From an uncultured delta proteobacterium (GTDB lineage Bacteria; Desulfobacterota; Binatia; UBA9968), in NCBI GenBank assembly GCA_963816145.1, contig CAWFJP010000011.1, positions 448,001-512,000 of the forward strand: 64,000 nucleotides of DNA, read 5' to 3'. Numbering within the stretch: the first letter of the stretch is position 1; each line of letters begins with the position of its first letter. A model generated the notes under the pieces. That model made no database searches. It saw only the letters and a list, made by a program, of their open reading frames with translations, and was not told the DNA's origin. Shown here one piece after another: positions 1-10,477 of the stretch. The position numbers were made by a program, and so were the translations under genes.

Positions 1-12
1 CGACTAGTCTGC

Positions 13-78
13 TGTCAGTTCGAGCGCAGCGAGAAATCTTTCTCCGGATGAAGACGCATGGCGGACTCGAACTGAACC
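13..78. repeat. Degenerate REP-like palindrome (TGTCAGTTCGAGCG..GAGAAATCT ... CTCGAACTGA)
   Basis: Arms TCAGTTCGAG and CTCGAACTGA are reverse complements. The GAGAAATCT core resembles the elements at 8215-8273, 9282-9340 and 61403-61430. Confidence 0.5.
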
Positions 79-253
79 ACTACCGAGTCTGGCCCGATGC
101 CCTATCGACTCCCTGTTCTATTCCTTCGTTGTGCCAAGTTCCGGCGGGAAGTTTGCTGACCAATGTTGCTGTAAGCCGGGTGTAATGCTAGCCATCAGCT
201 ATGTTTGGCTGAATCTCTACTGTAGTGAGCCAGGCACGTCCAGGGGGTTGCTC

Positions 254-2380
254 ATGGGGTTGAAAGATCAGCAGACGCGACAGAATAGCGATTTGGCGCC
301 GGCGGCGCGCGGCCAACCGGCCAGCGCCAGACCGGGAGGCCCGAAGGGTGCCGTGCAGGCGAAGCTGCCGCCGAGCAAGACCTGGTTATGGTTCCTAGGC
401 GCCTTGCTCGCCAACTACTTGCTAATGCGGTTCCTGTTTCCGGCCACTGCAGGACCCATCACAGTGCCCTACACGCTCTTCAAGGAAGAGGTCGGCAAGG
501 GCAACGTCGAGGCAATCTATAGCCGCGGCGAGAGCCTCACCGGCCGCTTCGTGAAGCCGGTCACCTATCCCCCGGCGGACGCAAAGGATGCGGCGCCCGG
601 AGGTAAGGACAAACCGACGAGCGAGCCCAAGGCGATGCGCGCCGGCCCGCCAAGAACCGGAAGTACCTTCACGACCACACTTCCCTCCTTCGTCGACCCC
701 GGTCTAGAAGCGTTTCTGATCGATCACCATGTCGAGATCAGCGCCCAACCGATCGAAGAAGGGGGGAGCTTGTGGTCGACGATTCTTTTCGGGTTCGGCC
801 CGGCGCTGCTCTTCATCGGCTTTTACGTCTGGATGTTTCGGCGGGCAGCGCAACAGGGCGGCGGCCTAGGCGGCGGGCTCATGGGCATCGGCAAGAGTCG
901 CGCGCGCCGCTACGACCAGGAGAAGGATACAAAGGTCACCTTCGACGACGTCGCCGGTATTGATGAAGCCGAGAACGAACTGGTCGAGATCGTCGATTTC
1001 CTCAAGGACCCGGCGAAGTACACCCGCCTGGGCGGGGCCGCTCCGAAAGGCGTGCTGCTGGTCGGCGCGCCGGGCACAGGAAAGACGCTGCTGGCAAAGG
1101 CCGTCGCAGGAGAGGCTGGGGTGCCGTTCTTCTCGATGAGCGCTGCCGAGTTCGTCGAGATGATCGTCGGTGTCGGGGCAGCGCGCGTGCGAGATCTCTT
1201 TACAGAAGCTCGCAAGAACGCGCCGGCAATCATCTTCATCGACGAGCTCGATGCCATCGGTCGCGCCCGCGGGCAGGTGGTGATCGGCGGGTCGAGCGAG
1301 CAGGAGCAAACCTTGAACCAAATCCTCACCGAAATGGACGGCTTCTCCAGCCGGGAAGGCATCATCGTGCTGGCAGCGACCAACCAGCCGGAGGTGCTCG
1401 ACAAAGCGCTTCTGCGGCCTGGGCGCTTCGACCGGCGCGTTGTGGTTAACCTACCGGACAAGACCGGTCGCGAGGCGATCCTCAAAGTTCACACCCGCGC
1501 CATGCCACTGGCGAAGGACGCAAACTTAGGAGAAATCGCCGCCACGACGCCGGGCTTCTCAGGAGCGGATTTGAAAAATCTGGTTAACGAGGCGGCGCTG
1601 CTGGCGGCGCGGCGCGCGCAGAATGACGTCCGTTACAAAGATTTTCTCGATGCGCTGGAGAAAATCGTGCTCGGCCCCGAGCGGCCGCTGCTCTTGAGTC
1701 GCGCCGACAAGGAGCGCATTGCCTACCACGAGGGCGGACACGCGATCCTCGGTCTGGTGGTGCCCGGCGCCGATCCGGTGAATCGGGTGACGATCGTGCC
1801 GCGTGGTCAGGCGCTCGGTGTGACCTACCAGCGACCTGAGAGCGACCGCTACAACTATCCGGAAGCCTACCTGCGCGCGCGGATCGTCGGCATGCTCGGC
1901 GGCCGCGCCGCCGAAGAGATTGTCTACGGCACCAAGACGACGGGAGCAGAAAGCGACATCGAACAAGCCACCAGCCTGGCCCGCCAGATGGTCACGCGCT
2001 GGGGCATGAGTGAGCGGCTCGGGTTAGTCCAGCTTGCGCCGCGGGAGAACCCCTATCTTGGCAGCCCCGGCGGTTACGGCGCCTCGAAGCCATTTAGCGA
2101 GGATACCGCCGAAGCCATCGATGCCGAGATCCGGAAGATCATCGGCGAGAGCCACGAGGAGGCCAAGCGCCTGCTGACGGTGCATCGCAGACAACTCGAC
2201 GCGCTCGCCGAAGCTTTGGTGGCGTGCGAGACTCTCAACGAGCAGGAGATCCTCGACGTCACGGGACTGCCGCCGGCGCCTGCTTTGGAAACCCGGATCC
2301 TGTCGGCAACAAATGGCGACGGCGCAAGCGCTGCCCCCGCTCACGAGGACGCGAAGTCGCGGCTATCCGACAAACCGTGA
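254..2380 (+). CDS. ftsH: ATP-dependent zinc metalloprotease FtsH (probably a secondary paralog)
   Basis: Two TM segments, Walker A GAPGTGKT, pore loop FVEMIVG, Walker [20 protein letters not shown] and Zn motif HEGGH. Start placed at ATG 254 rather than GTG 131. Confidence 0.95.
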   Translation: MGLKDQQTRQNSDLAPAARGQPASARPGGPKGAVQAKLPPSKTWLWFLGALLANYLLMRFLFPATAGPITVPYTLFKEEVGKGNVEAIYSRGESLTGRFVKPVTYPPADAKDAAPGGKDKPTSEPKAMRAGPPRTGSTFTTTLPSFVDPGLEAFLIDHHVEISAQPIEEGGSLWSTILFGFGPALLFIGFYVWMFRRAAQQGGGLGGGLMGIGKSRARRYDQEKDTKVTFDDVAGIDEAENELVEIVDFLKDPAKYTRLGGAAPKGVLLVGAPGTGKTLLAKAVAGEAGVPFFSMSAAEFVEMIVGVGAARVRDLFTEARKNAPAIIFIDELDAIGRARGQVVIGGSSEQEQTLNQILTEMDGFSSREGIIVLAATNQPEVLDKALLRPGRFDRRVVVNLPDKTGREAILKVHTRAMPLAKDANLGEIAATTPGFSGADLKNLVNEAALLAARRAQNDVRYKDFLDALEKIVLGPERPLLLSRADKERIAYHEGGHAILGLVVPGADPVNRVTIVPRGQALGVTYQRPESDRYNYPEAYLRARIVGMLGGRAAEEIVYGTKTTGAESDIEQATSLARQMVTRWGMSERLGLVQLAPRENPYLGSPGGYGASKPFSEDTAEAIDAEIRKIIGESHEEAKRLLTVHRRQLDALAEALVACETLNEQEILDVTGLPPAPALETRILSATNGDGASAAPAHEDAKSRLSDKP

Positions 2381-2437
2381 CCTGGCGCATGAGTCGCTTG
2401 GAAACTAGCCTACGAACGTAAGCTCGTATCTTCGAGG

Positions 2438-2830
2438 ATGTCCGTTATGGAAAAAACTCTTGCTCCGTTTGCACCCTACGCCTTCGCCATCTTGCGGATC
2501 ATCGCCGGGCTGTTGTTCGTTGCGCACGGCGGGCAGAAAGTCTTTGGCTGGTTCGGCGGCCAGCCGTTTCCTCTCGGTTCGCTCTTCGGTCTGGCGGGAA
2601 TCATCGAAATAGTTTTCGGCATCCTCATTACCATCGGTCTCCTCACCAGCTTTGCAGCTTTCATCGCCAGCGGCCAAATGGCGGTCGCTTATTTCATCGG
2701 CCATCTCCCAAAAAGTTTCTGGCCGCTCGAAAACGAAGGCGAGCCGGCAGTGCTGTTCTGCTTCATTTTTTTGTTTATCGCTACTCACGGTGCGGGGATC
2801 TGGAGTGTCGACACCGCACGGGGCCGGTAA
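2438..2830 (+). CDS. DoxX family membrane protein
   Basis: LRIIAGLLFVAHGGQK, GQMAVAYF, ENEGEPAVLFCF and GAGIWSVD motifs; four hydrophobic segments. Confidence 0.9.
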   Translation: MSVMEKTLAPFAPYAFAILRIIAGLLFVAHGGQKVFGWFGGQPFPLGSLFGLAGIIEIVFGILITIGLLTSFAAFIASGQMAVAYFIGHLPKSFWPLENEGEPAVLFCFIFLFIATHGAGIWSVDTARGR

Positions 2831-2840
2831 CGGTTTGCCG

Positions 2841-2893
2841 TACGTGTCGTAGGTGCGCTCGAGAATCACCGGATCTTTTTGCCGGGCCAACTC
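2841..2893 (-). pseudogene. 53-bp fragment paralogous to the SBP gene at 5962-6960
   Basis: 50/53 identical to 6146-6198. Reads ELARQKDPVILERTYDTY versus ELTRQKDPVILERTYDTY. Confidence 0.85.
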
Positions 2894-3026
2894 GTGGGGC
2901 GCAGTGCAAATTTAACTGGAAGATCCCGCCTTCTAGCTCCCGGACCCTGGCCCCAAATTACCAGCCAACACAAGTTGCAATCCCGGGCGGCTATCAAATA
3001 TTGTGGCCGAGGTGCTTGGAGGTTCG

Positions 3027-4385
3027 ATGCCGGAGTTGGATTCGGTCGACAGCGATATCCTCGTCATCGGTGCCGGAGGGTGCGGTCTCATGGCTGCTCT
3101 CGTGGCGGCGAAAAAGGGCGCGCGGGTGCTCCTGTTGGAGAAGACTGACAAACCGGGAGGCGGGACTGCTTTCTCCTCCAAGGGCATCCGCGCCGCCGGC
3201 AGCCGCCGGCAGCGCGAGTTGAAGATCGCCGACAGTCCGGCACTCTACGCCCAGGATATCCTGCGCCGGAACAACGACGAGAGCGATCCAGTCCTGACCC
3301 AGCGGCTCGCGGAAACTTCTGGGCGTGTGGCCGATTTCCTGGCCGATACGGCGGGAATCGAATTTCAACTCGGCGAGTTTGCCTTTGGTCACGGGGCGCA
3401 GCGATCGCACTCGTGGAAGGCGGATAAAACCATCACCGATTTTCTCTTCGAAGCAGTTGAGCGGGAAAAAAATATCCAGGTGCGATTCTCGACGCCGGTA
3501 TTGTCGCTCCAACAGGACACGGGCGGCGCGGTAACCGGCGCGGCGACAAAAGACGGCGCGCTCTCAGCGCGAAAAATTATTCTCGCCTCGGGCGGCTTCG
3601 GCGCGAGCGCGGAGTTGTTGGCCCGCTACATTCCCAAAGCGCTGGACATTCCTTTTCCAGGTCACCACGGCAGCACCGGCGACGGCATCAAGATGGGTTT
3701 GGCGATCGGCGCGGCGGCGGAAAACATGGGCGCCTTCCAGCCATACCCCGCATACATCGGCCCGGGAAAACGCGCGGTGGCGCCAGAGGTGGCTCTATCG
3801 GGCGGCATCATGGTCGACGCCGGCGGCAAGCGTTTCGTCGACGAAACCCGATATCCCGGTGGGCTCGGCATCAAAATGCTCGATCTGCCCGGCAAGCTGG
3901 CTTACGAAATCTGCGACGAGCGTATCTACCAGCTGCATCGAAACGCGCCGGGACTGAGAAACCTATCGATCTACTTCGACGCGGGACTTTTGCTCAAGGC
4001 CGACACGCCGGAACAACTCGCAGGCAAATTGGCCATCGACGCCGAAGGCCTGAAGCGAACCATTCAAGAGTATAACGACAGCGCGGCAAGCGGCGCCAAG
4101 GACGCTTTCGGTCGCGCGCTGCCGCAACCGTTCCAAGGACCCTTCTATGGCATCAAAGTCACGGTGGCGCTGTACCACACCCAAGGCGGGTTGAAGGTAA
4201 CCCCCGACGGCCAAGTCCTGCGCAACGACGGCTCGATCATCCCCAACCTTTACGCCGGCGGCGGCGTGGCCGTCGGCGTATCCGGCAAGGGTTTGGAAGG
4301 GTATCTACCGGGCAACGGGTTGCTCGCTTCTCTGGGTCTCGGCATGAGAGCGGCGGAGCACGCGGCGACCTCGCTCGATAAATAA
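3027..4385 (+). CDS. FAD-dependent oxidoreductase, fumarate reductase/flavocytochrome c flavin-subunit family
   Basis: VIGAGGCG dinucleotide motif, LASGGF, STGDG, HTQGGL and IPNLYAGG. ATG 3027 follows GGAGG and lies downstream of a TTGCAA-18-TATTGT promoter candidate. Confidence 0.85.
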   Translation: MPELDSVDSDILVIGAGGCGLMAALVAAKKGARVLLLEKTDKPGGGTAFSSKGIRAAGSRRQRELKIADSPALYAQDILRRNNDESDPVLTQRLAETSGRVADFLADTAGIEFQLGEFAFGHGAQRSHSWKADKTITDFLFEAVEREKNIQVRFSTPVLSLQQDTGGAVTGAATKDGALSARKIILASGGFGASAELLARYIPKALDIPFPGHHGSTGDGIKMGLAIGAAAENMGAFQPYPAYIGPGKRAVAPEVALSGGIMVDAGGKRFVDETRYPGGLGIKMLDLPGKLAYEICDERIYQLHRNAPGLRNLSIYFDAGLLLKADTPEQLAGKLAIDAEGLKRTIQEYNDSAASGAKDAFGRALPQPFQGPFYGIKVTVALYHTQGGLKVTPDGQVLRNDGSIIPNLYAGGGVAVGVSGKGLEGYLPGNGLLASLGLGMRAAEHAATSLDK

Positions 4386-4496
4386 CCCGCGGCGTGCGCG
4401 GATCGTGGATCGGGGCACTTTGGACTTAATGCTCGGAGTTTACTTTTTTCGTCCTTTGCGTTCTTCGCGGTCAATCTTATCGGCCCATTTTATCAC

Positions 4497-5726
4497 TCAA
4501 CGGTTGGCTGCAGGCGTTATGCGCAATATCTGGCCGTCGCGTGAGTCGGTGAGAAGATAGAGCGATCCATCCGGCGCCTGGCACACGTCGCGGATGCGTT
4601 CTCGTAAATCACCCAGGTAACGCTCTTCTTGGGCGACCTTGCCGTCCTTCATCACCAGCCGCACCAACCCTCCCGGAGTGAGCGAGCCGATCAGAAAATC
4701 GTTCTTCCAGCTGGAGAAGAGATCGCCGGTATAAATCGCCATACCTGAGGGCGCGATCACCGGATCCCAATAGTAGACCGGCTGCTCCATCCCGGGTTTC
4801 GCCGTGCCTTCGCCGATCTTCAAATAAGTGTAGTGGGTACCGTAAGAGATGACCGGCCAGCCGTAATTTTTCCCCGCTTCCGGATGGTTCAGCTCGTCGC
4901 CGCCGCGCGCGCCATGCTCCACGGTCCAGAGCTGGCCGGTCTCAGGATGAAGCGCCGCGGCTTGGACGTTGCGATGGCCATACGACCAGATCTCCGGGCG
5001 CGCGCCGGCGCGATTGACAAACGGATTGTCGCGCGGCACCGAGCCGTCCGAGTTGATGCGCACGACCTTGCCGAGCGTCGCCGACAGGTCCTGGGCCCGC
5101 TCGGAGTGATTGAACCGCTCGCCCAAAGTGACGAACAGCGTGCCGTCGCGATGAAAAACAATCCTCGACCCCCAGTGATTGGCGCCACCGACCTTGGGCT
5201 GCTGACGCCAGATCACCTTGGTGTCTTCCAGCCCGCGCTCGCCCAACCGCCCGCGGGCGACCGCGGTGCCTGCGCCGCCGTCGCCGGCTTCAGCAAACGA
5301 TAGGTAAACGAGCCGATCCTTGGCGAACGTCGGGCTGACGGCAACGTCCAGAAGCCCGCCCTGCCCGCTCGCGTAAACCTCCGGCACTCCGGTGAGCGGC
5401 GCGGAAACGCGGCCGTCCGCTCCGACCAAACGCAAGCGACCTGGACGTTCGGTGACCAGCATCCGCTTGTCCGGCAGGAATTCGAGGCCCCAGGGATGTT
5501 CCAGCCCTTTGGCGATCGATTGGACTTGAACAATTTGATTCACCGAGGCTGGCGTTGGCGAGCGCGGTGCCTGACCTTGCACCGGCCCGGGCGCACACCC
5601 CGTGAGCCAAACAAATAGCAGAGACAGTTTGACGCAATCGGCGCTAGACAACTTGCGAAAAGTTTTCGACTTCAACTGTTCTGGGCGGGCGCTGAAGAGC
5701 GAAACAGAGCGTTTATTCGGAAGCAT
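4497..5726 (-). CDS. PQQ-dependent sugar (aldose) dehydrogenase, YliI/Asd family; possible lipoprotein
   Basis: LEHPWG, GQGGLLD, SYGHRNVQ, EHGARGGDELN, NYGWP and RIRDV motifs. AGGAGG RBS precedes ATG 5726; lipobox-like LTGC. Confidence 0.9.
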   Translation of the reverse strand: MLPNKRSVSLFSARPEQLKSKTFRKLSSADCVKLSLLFVWLTGCAPGPVQGQAPRSPTPASVNQIVQVQSIAKGLEHPWGLEFLPDKRMLVTERPGRLRLVGADGRVSAPLTGVPEVYASGQGGLLDVAVSPTFAKDRLVYLSFAEAGDGGAGTAVARGRLGERGLEDTKVIWRQQPKVGGANHWGSRIVFHRDGTLFVTLGERFNHSERAQDLSATLGKVVRINSDGSVPRDNPFVNRAGARPEIWSYGHRNVQAAALHPETGQLWTVEHGARGGDELNHPEAGKNYGWPVISYGTHYTYLKIGEGTAKPGMEQPVYYWDPVIAPSGMAIYTGDLFSSWKNDFLIGSLTPGGLVRLVMKDGKVAQEERYLGDLRERIRDVCQAPDGSLYLLTDSRDGQILRITPAANR

Positions 5727-5961
5727 GAATTTCCCTCCTGAGATACCCTCGCTGCAAATGGCTGCGTAGCACACCTGTGCCATACGCTCAGAGCATAAAA
5801 TGTGAAGTAGGGTGGGATCAACCAGCGATTTGATTTAGGCCGTCGTCAGACAGAAAATAACGCGATGTCGATTGGAACAGAAAATTGGAAGGCGCGAGTG
5901 GGTCTGCGCCCGAGTATTCAGTTGGGTTGCTGCAAAATTTGCCGACGATCTTTGTCGCGGA

Positions 5962-6960
5962 TTATTTCTTGCCGAGCTTTAGCCTCTCTGCGGCTTTCTG
6001 CACGAAAGAGGGATCGAGAGATGCCGAAGCATCGCGGTTCTTGATGCCCTGCGGATTGAAGCGCTCGTGGAAGCCGGTGATCATGCTCTCGATACCTGCT
6101 TGCCAGGGAAACGGCAGGCCGTCGATGGCCTCATATTGTTTATAATAGGTGTCGTAGGTGCGCTCGAGAATCACCGGATCTTTTTGGCGGGTCAACTCCA
6201 CGATGGCTTTGAAAGCCAATTGCTTGTTGGTGCGAAACAACTGCATGCCGGCGACATGGGCGGTCATGTAATCTTCCAAGACGCGGCGATTGCGATCGCG
6301 AAAAGCCCGGTTCACCGTGTGCGGCACGCCGGCGTAGGGCATTTTTAAATCGAGGAAGTTGACCAGCTCGCGATAGCCGGCCTTTTCAAGCTCGTATTCA
6401 TTGGGCGGATTGACCGCCACGCCGTCGATCAGCCCCTGCTTCATCGCCGCCACCCGGCTGGGAATTCCGCCGGCAAGATAGACCATCTGCACGTCTTTTC
6501 CCGCGACGAGGCCGAGTTTGTCCAAATAGAGCAGGGTCGCGTACTCGTCGAGACCGGCGCGGCCGGCGCCAAGTTTCTTGCCTTTCAGATCGGCAGGGGT
6601 GCGGATCGACGCATTGACCATCAAGCGCACCGGCACATAGCGGGTTTCGGTGGCGATCACCATGACATCGAAATCTTTGGTCGCAATCGCCCGCGACACC
6701 GCGGTGCCGCCGCCATAAAGCACCTGAATGTTACCATTGGCCAACGCCGGCATATAGGCCGACGCACCCTGCATCAAAACCATCTCCACGTCCAAGTTGT
6801 ATTTAGCAAAGATCCCCTCGCGCCGGGCGATCCAACCGGGACAGAAAGTCGCCGCCGGCGAAGCATAGGCAACGACGAGCTTGGTCGCCTCGCCGTAGGC
6901 GGCGCCGAAATCCGCCCGCAGCGAAAACAACAGAAAAATTACAAGCGCTCTTTTGGTCAT
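5962..6960 (-). CDS. ABC-type substrate-binding protein, NMT1/TauA/SsuA family
   Basis: Signal peptide, WIARREGIFAKYNLDVE, ADLKGKKLG and C-terminal DPSFV pattern. Confidence 0.85.
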   Translation of the reverse strand: MTKRALVIFLLFSLRADFGAAYGEATKLVVAYASPAATFCPGWIARREGIFAKYNLDVEMVLMQGASAYMPALANGNIQVLYGGGTAVSRAIATKDFDVMVIATETRYVPVRLMVNASIRTPADLKGKKLGAGRAGLDEYATLLYLDKLGLVAGKDVQMVYLAGGIPSRVAAMKQGLIDGVAVNPPNEYELEKAGYRELVNFLDLKMPYAGVPHTVNRAFRDRNRRVLEDYMTAHVAGMQLFRTNKQLAFKAIVELTRQKDPVILERTYDTYYKQYEAIDGLPFPWQAGIESMITGFHERFNPQGIKNRDASASLDPSFVQKAAERLKLGKK

Positions 6961-7124
6961 CTTCTCTCGCCTCAATCCGCGTCCTGATCGATCGGTATCG
7001 CCGCCGTCACGCGGAAACTAATATCGGCACGCAACTTAGTCCAAGCGCAGCGGGCATGTCCAGGATCACATGAGCAGCAGATCCGACCGCCCTACTTCAG
7101 TGTCAATGAATCTTTGAGGCACGA

Positions 7125-8144
7125 TCACTTTGCGGGGTAAAGACTATACATGCGGTCGATAAAGCCGCTGTCTTCGAGCTTGCGCATGAGGCTACGGTCG
7201 ACAACCTCCTCCAGCTTCACCTCGCCGATGCGGGGGTTGCTGATCTGCATCAGGCGCTGCACGTTGCGCACTCCGTCCATGGAGGGATGCGGCCGCTTTT
7301 CGAGGCCTCCTCGTGTCAGCAGTTCCTGATAACCCTCTTCGGCGAGAGCGGTATCTGTGATTCGCAGACGGCGCATGACGCTCTTGAGCACGGCGTTTTT
7401 GCTTTTCGGCGACCAGGTAAACGCTAAACCCTCGACGAGCGCGCGCAAAACGTTATCGACGACCTCCGGCTGGCGCTGCAGATAACTTTTCTTGACGGCC
7501 ATCAGATGGTTCATGATCGGTATATTTGCATTAGAAAAATCCGCCAGGCTGACGAAGCCTTTGGCTTTCGCCTTGCGGCTGAAGACCCCGTCGAGAGACG
7601 TGGCGTCGATGGTGCCGCCTTCGAGCGCTTGACCGCGCACGGTGTTATCGCCGATGACCAGCATGCGGATATCGTCGCGTTTGGGATCCAGTCCCAACGA
7701 CTCTAAGCCGAGCATCACGCCCATCCAACCGCCGCCGCCGATGCTCTGTACGCCAAAGCGTTTGCCGCGCAGATCTTCCGGCCGCTTGATGCCGGGTCGG
7801 ACGATCAGTTCGTCGGTGACCCGGTTGTTGAATCCGGCGACGATCACGAAGTCGGCGCCTTCGGCGATCGGCGCGATGATGCCGCTAGCAGTCCAGCCGA
7901 CTTGGATGTCGCCCGACAACATGCCGGACAACAACGTCGGCCCGCCGCGCATGTAGATGACCTCCGAGTCGATGCCGTATTTATTAAAGAACCCTTGATC
8001 CTGCGCGACCCAAAGTGGTGCCACGCGAAAATTCATCGCGGCATGGGCGATGACCACTTTCGGCCTTGCCGCCGCAGCGCGCAGCTCTGTGCAATTGATG
8101 AGAGAAAAATAGAGACCGAATAGTGCTGCGAGTAACTTCATCAT
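7125..8144 (-). CDS. ABC-type substrate-binding protein, NMT1/TauA/SsuA family
   Basis: Signal peptide, PLWVAQDQGFFNKYGID, EDLRGKRFGV and C-terminal LEDSGFIDRMY. Confidence 0.85.
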   Translation of the reverse strand: MMKLLAALFGLYFSLINCTELRAAAARPKVVIAHAAMNFRVAPLWVAQDQGFFNKYGIDSEVIYMRGGPTLLSGMLSGDIQVGWTASGIIAPIAEGADFVIVAGFNNRVTDELIVRPGIKRPEDLRGKRFGVQSIGGGGWMGVMLGLESLGLDPKRDDIRMLVIGDNTVRGQALEGGTIDATSLDGVFSRKAKAKGFVSLADFSNANIPIMNHLMAVKKSYLQRQPEVVDNVLRALVEGLAFTWSPKSKNAVLKSVMRRLRITDTALAEEGYQELLTRGGLEKRPHPSMDGVRNVQRLMQISNPRIGEVKLEEVVDRSLMRKLEDSGFIDRMYSLYPAK

Positions 8145-8180
8145 CAGCGGTTCTTGAGTGGAAGAGTCGGATTCGGAAAT

Positions 8181-8313
8181 TTTTCCCGCAAAGACGCTAA
8201 GTGACGAGCGGACCTGTCATCCCAAGCGAATGGAGAGCACTAAGAAAGATTTCTCCCTTTGGTCGAAATGACATTTCCTTCTTAGCTTTGCGTCTTCGCG
8301 CCTTTGCGGGAGA
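8181..8313. repeat. Composite REP/MITE-like palindromic element, copy 1
   Basis: Outer arms TCCCGCAAAGACGC...GCGCCTTTGCGGGAGA enclose an inner TGTCATCCC...GGTCGAAATGACA element. Inverted copy at 9242-9385. Confidence 0.85.
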
Positions 8314-8322
8314 TCATTCCCC

Positions 8323-9135
8323 CTAGTCGCAAATATCCACCAGCACACCGTCCGGGTCGGCAAAGGCGTGTTTACCGATGGGACAAGCTTCGAGATCTTT
8401 GGCGATGGCGCCGCCCTGGACGCCGCCGGCGATTTTTTTCGCGGCGCATTCAGGGAACACGGCGGCGAGATCCGCTAGCTCCTTAGTGGTTTGCTCGACG
8501 CTGTCGACTTTGAAGCCGATGTGATCGAAGCCTTGGCGCATGGTGCGATAAAAGCCGTTGTGGCAGCGCCGAATGATCAACCGCACCTTGCCGTCGGTGA
8601 GCATGATCGATCCCGCTTCGCCGCCGGCTTCCACGCCTTCGAGCTCCAAGATTTTATGGTAAAACTCGGCGACTCTTTCCGGCTCCCGGGCGCGTAGCGC
8701 GATGTGGTTGAGCCAGCGCGGTTGCTCCCAGCCGTCGCTTAAATAACCTTCTCGTACGTTGGCCTGGCCTTTTTGCGCCAGATCGAACTGAACGCCGATG
8801 GGGTCCTGGGCGCGGATGCCGGCGAAGGGCACGTAGGCCAACGCTTTGGTATGCAGGAGCTCGGGGTAAAACCGATCGATCCGGTCGACCGCTTCGCGGA
8901 CATCTTCGACTTCGAAGCCGAAGTGATCGAGCCCCTGGCCGCTGCCGGCACGCTTGGCCAGTAGCGCCATGCCGATGACGCCGTCGCTAATATGGCCGCG
9001 TTCGGCGTTGGCTTTGCTGTTCTCGTCCATCAACCCGGTGGTGATCTGCTTCATGCCAAAAATAGTGCCGTAAAACTTGGCCATGGTGTCGTAACGTTCC
9101 GTATGGCTGGCGAGATGGCGAATGCGGGCGAACAT
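8323..9135 (-). CDS. VOC/glyoxalase family protein with two VOC domains
   Basis: Repeated motifs IRHLA/LNHIA, GLDHFGFEV/GFDHIGFKV and DPIG/DPDG; AAGGAG RBS. Confidence 0.85.
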   Translation of the reverse strand: MFARIRHLASHTERYDTMAKFYGTIFGMKQITTGLMDENSKANAERGHISDGVIGMALLAKRAGSGQGLDHFGFEVEDVREAVDRIDRFYPELLHTKALAYVPFAGIRAQDPIGVQFDLAQKGQANVREGYLSDGWEQPRWLNHIALRAREPERVAEFYHKILELEGVEAGGEAGSIMLTDGKVRLIIRRCHNGFYRTMRQGFDHIGFKVDSVEQTTKELADLAAVFPECAAKKIAGGVQGGAIAKDLEACPIGKHAFADPDGVLVDICD

Positions 9136-9241
9136 AGGCGCGCTCCTTGGTTTGCCGATAGTTTGGCTAACATCTAGTTCGCTCTCGGTTGGCTTGTCAA
9201 GGAACGGATGACGTGATCGGAGGGCTCTCGGGTTCGGAATT

Positions 9242-9385
9242 TCTCCCGCAAAGGCGCAAACTCGCTAAGGCAAGAAAGAAATGTCATTTCGACCGAAGGG
9301 AGAAAGCTGTCATAGATCCCTTGCATTCACTCGGGATGACGGGCATCAGCCCGTCACCTTTGCGCCTTGGCGCCTTTGCAAGAGA
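9242..9385. repeat. Composite REP/MITE-like palindromic element, copy 2 (inverted relative to copy 1)
   Basis: The first 64 nt match the reverse complement of 8250-8313 at 56 positions by manual alignment. Confidence 0.85.
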
Positions 9386-9461
9386 TCCTCCGGTCTTTCG
9401 GTGGTTTAATTGACGGCGATTAGACACCTTGCTAGGGTTCGCAATTGTCGACGGTTAGTAA

Positions 9462-10433
9462 ATGACCATGCAGAAAACGATCACAACTTTGTTTATCGCG
9501 CTCGTTTTACTTCTCTCTGCCACGCCGGCGGCGGCGCAGCTAAAAAAAGTGCGTTTGTCGGCGACCTCTATTGCCGTGACGGAATTACAATTTCGCATCG
9601 CCCTGCTCAAAGGCTTTTATCGCGACGAGGGGCTCGACGTTGAAATTATTCTGATTCGCGGCGCCGTCGGCATGCAGGCGCTGCTCGGCGGATCGGTGGA
9701 TTATACCTCGGCGGCGGGATCGATCATTGCCGGGGCCGTACGCGGCGTGCCGGTGCGGCTCGTCCTGGTCGTCAACACCAAACCGCAATTCGATCTGGTC
9801 GGCCAGCCGGACATCAAAACCGTGGCGCAGTTGAAGGGCAAGGTCGTCGGCATCTCGTCGCGCGGCGGAGCGGTGGACATCCTAACGCAAACGATTCTTT
9901 CCCAGCATGGAGTGACGGCGAACAAGGATGCGACCTTAATCGTCATCGGCAGTCCCGAAGAGTTGGTGACCGCGCTGCGCACCGGCCGCATCGCCGCCTG
10001 TCTGCTCACCCAGCCGCGCCAACTGATCCTTTACCGCGACGGCTTCACCAAGCTGGCCTATTCGGGCGATTATCTGAGCAGCTATCCCACCGGCGGCGTC
10101 GGCACGACGGAAGAGAAAATCAAAAATAATCCCGCCGAAGTCATGGGCTTCGTCCGCGCCAGCTTGAAGGGGCAGCACTACTTCGCCCAGCATCGCAGCG
10201 AATCCATCGATCTCATTTCCAAATATCTCGGCATCAAGGACCGTTCCTTGGCCACGGAAGTCTACGATCTCCAACTCAGCCGTCTTGGCGGAGCGACTTA
10301 TCTCGACGAAATCTGGATGCGCGGCGCCATCGAGTTCACCAAGAAGAGCATGGGCTTGACCAAAGAAGTTGCGCCCAACCAAGTGTTCGATTTTAGTTTC
10401 GCCGCGAAGGCGTTGGGACGTGGCAAGAGTTAA
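9462..10433 (+). CDS. ABC-type substrate-binding protein, NMT1/TauA/SsuA family
   Basis: Signal peptide ending PAAAQ, KGFYRDEGLDVE, QLKGKVVGISS and C-terminal VFDFSF. Confidence 0.85.
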   Translation: MTMQKTITTLFIALVLLLSATPAAAQLKKVRLSATSIAVTELQFRIALLKGFYRDEGLDVEIILIRGAVGMQALLGGSVDYTSAAGSIIAGAVRGVPVRLVLVVNTKPQFDLVGQPDIKTVAQLKGKVVGISSRGGAVDILTQTILSQHGVTANKDATLIVIGSPEELVTALRTGRIAACLLTQPRQLILYRDGFTKLAYSGDYLSSYPTGGVGTTEEKIKNNPAEVMGFVRASLKGQHYFAQHRSESIDLISKYLGIKDRSLATEVYDLQLSRLGGATYLDEIWMRGAIEFTKKSMGLTKEVAPNQVFDFSFAAKALGRGKS

Positions 10434-10477
10434 CCATTATCAATTCAATACGACCGACCGATCTTTTGAGAGATGAC

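Noticed and set aside
8181-9385. CRISPR array or autonomous IS element
   Set aside because: No regularly spaced repeat-spacer array, cas gene or transposase anywhere in the window.
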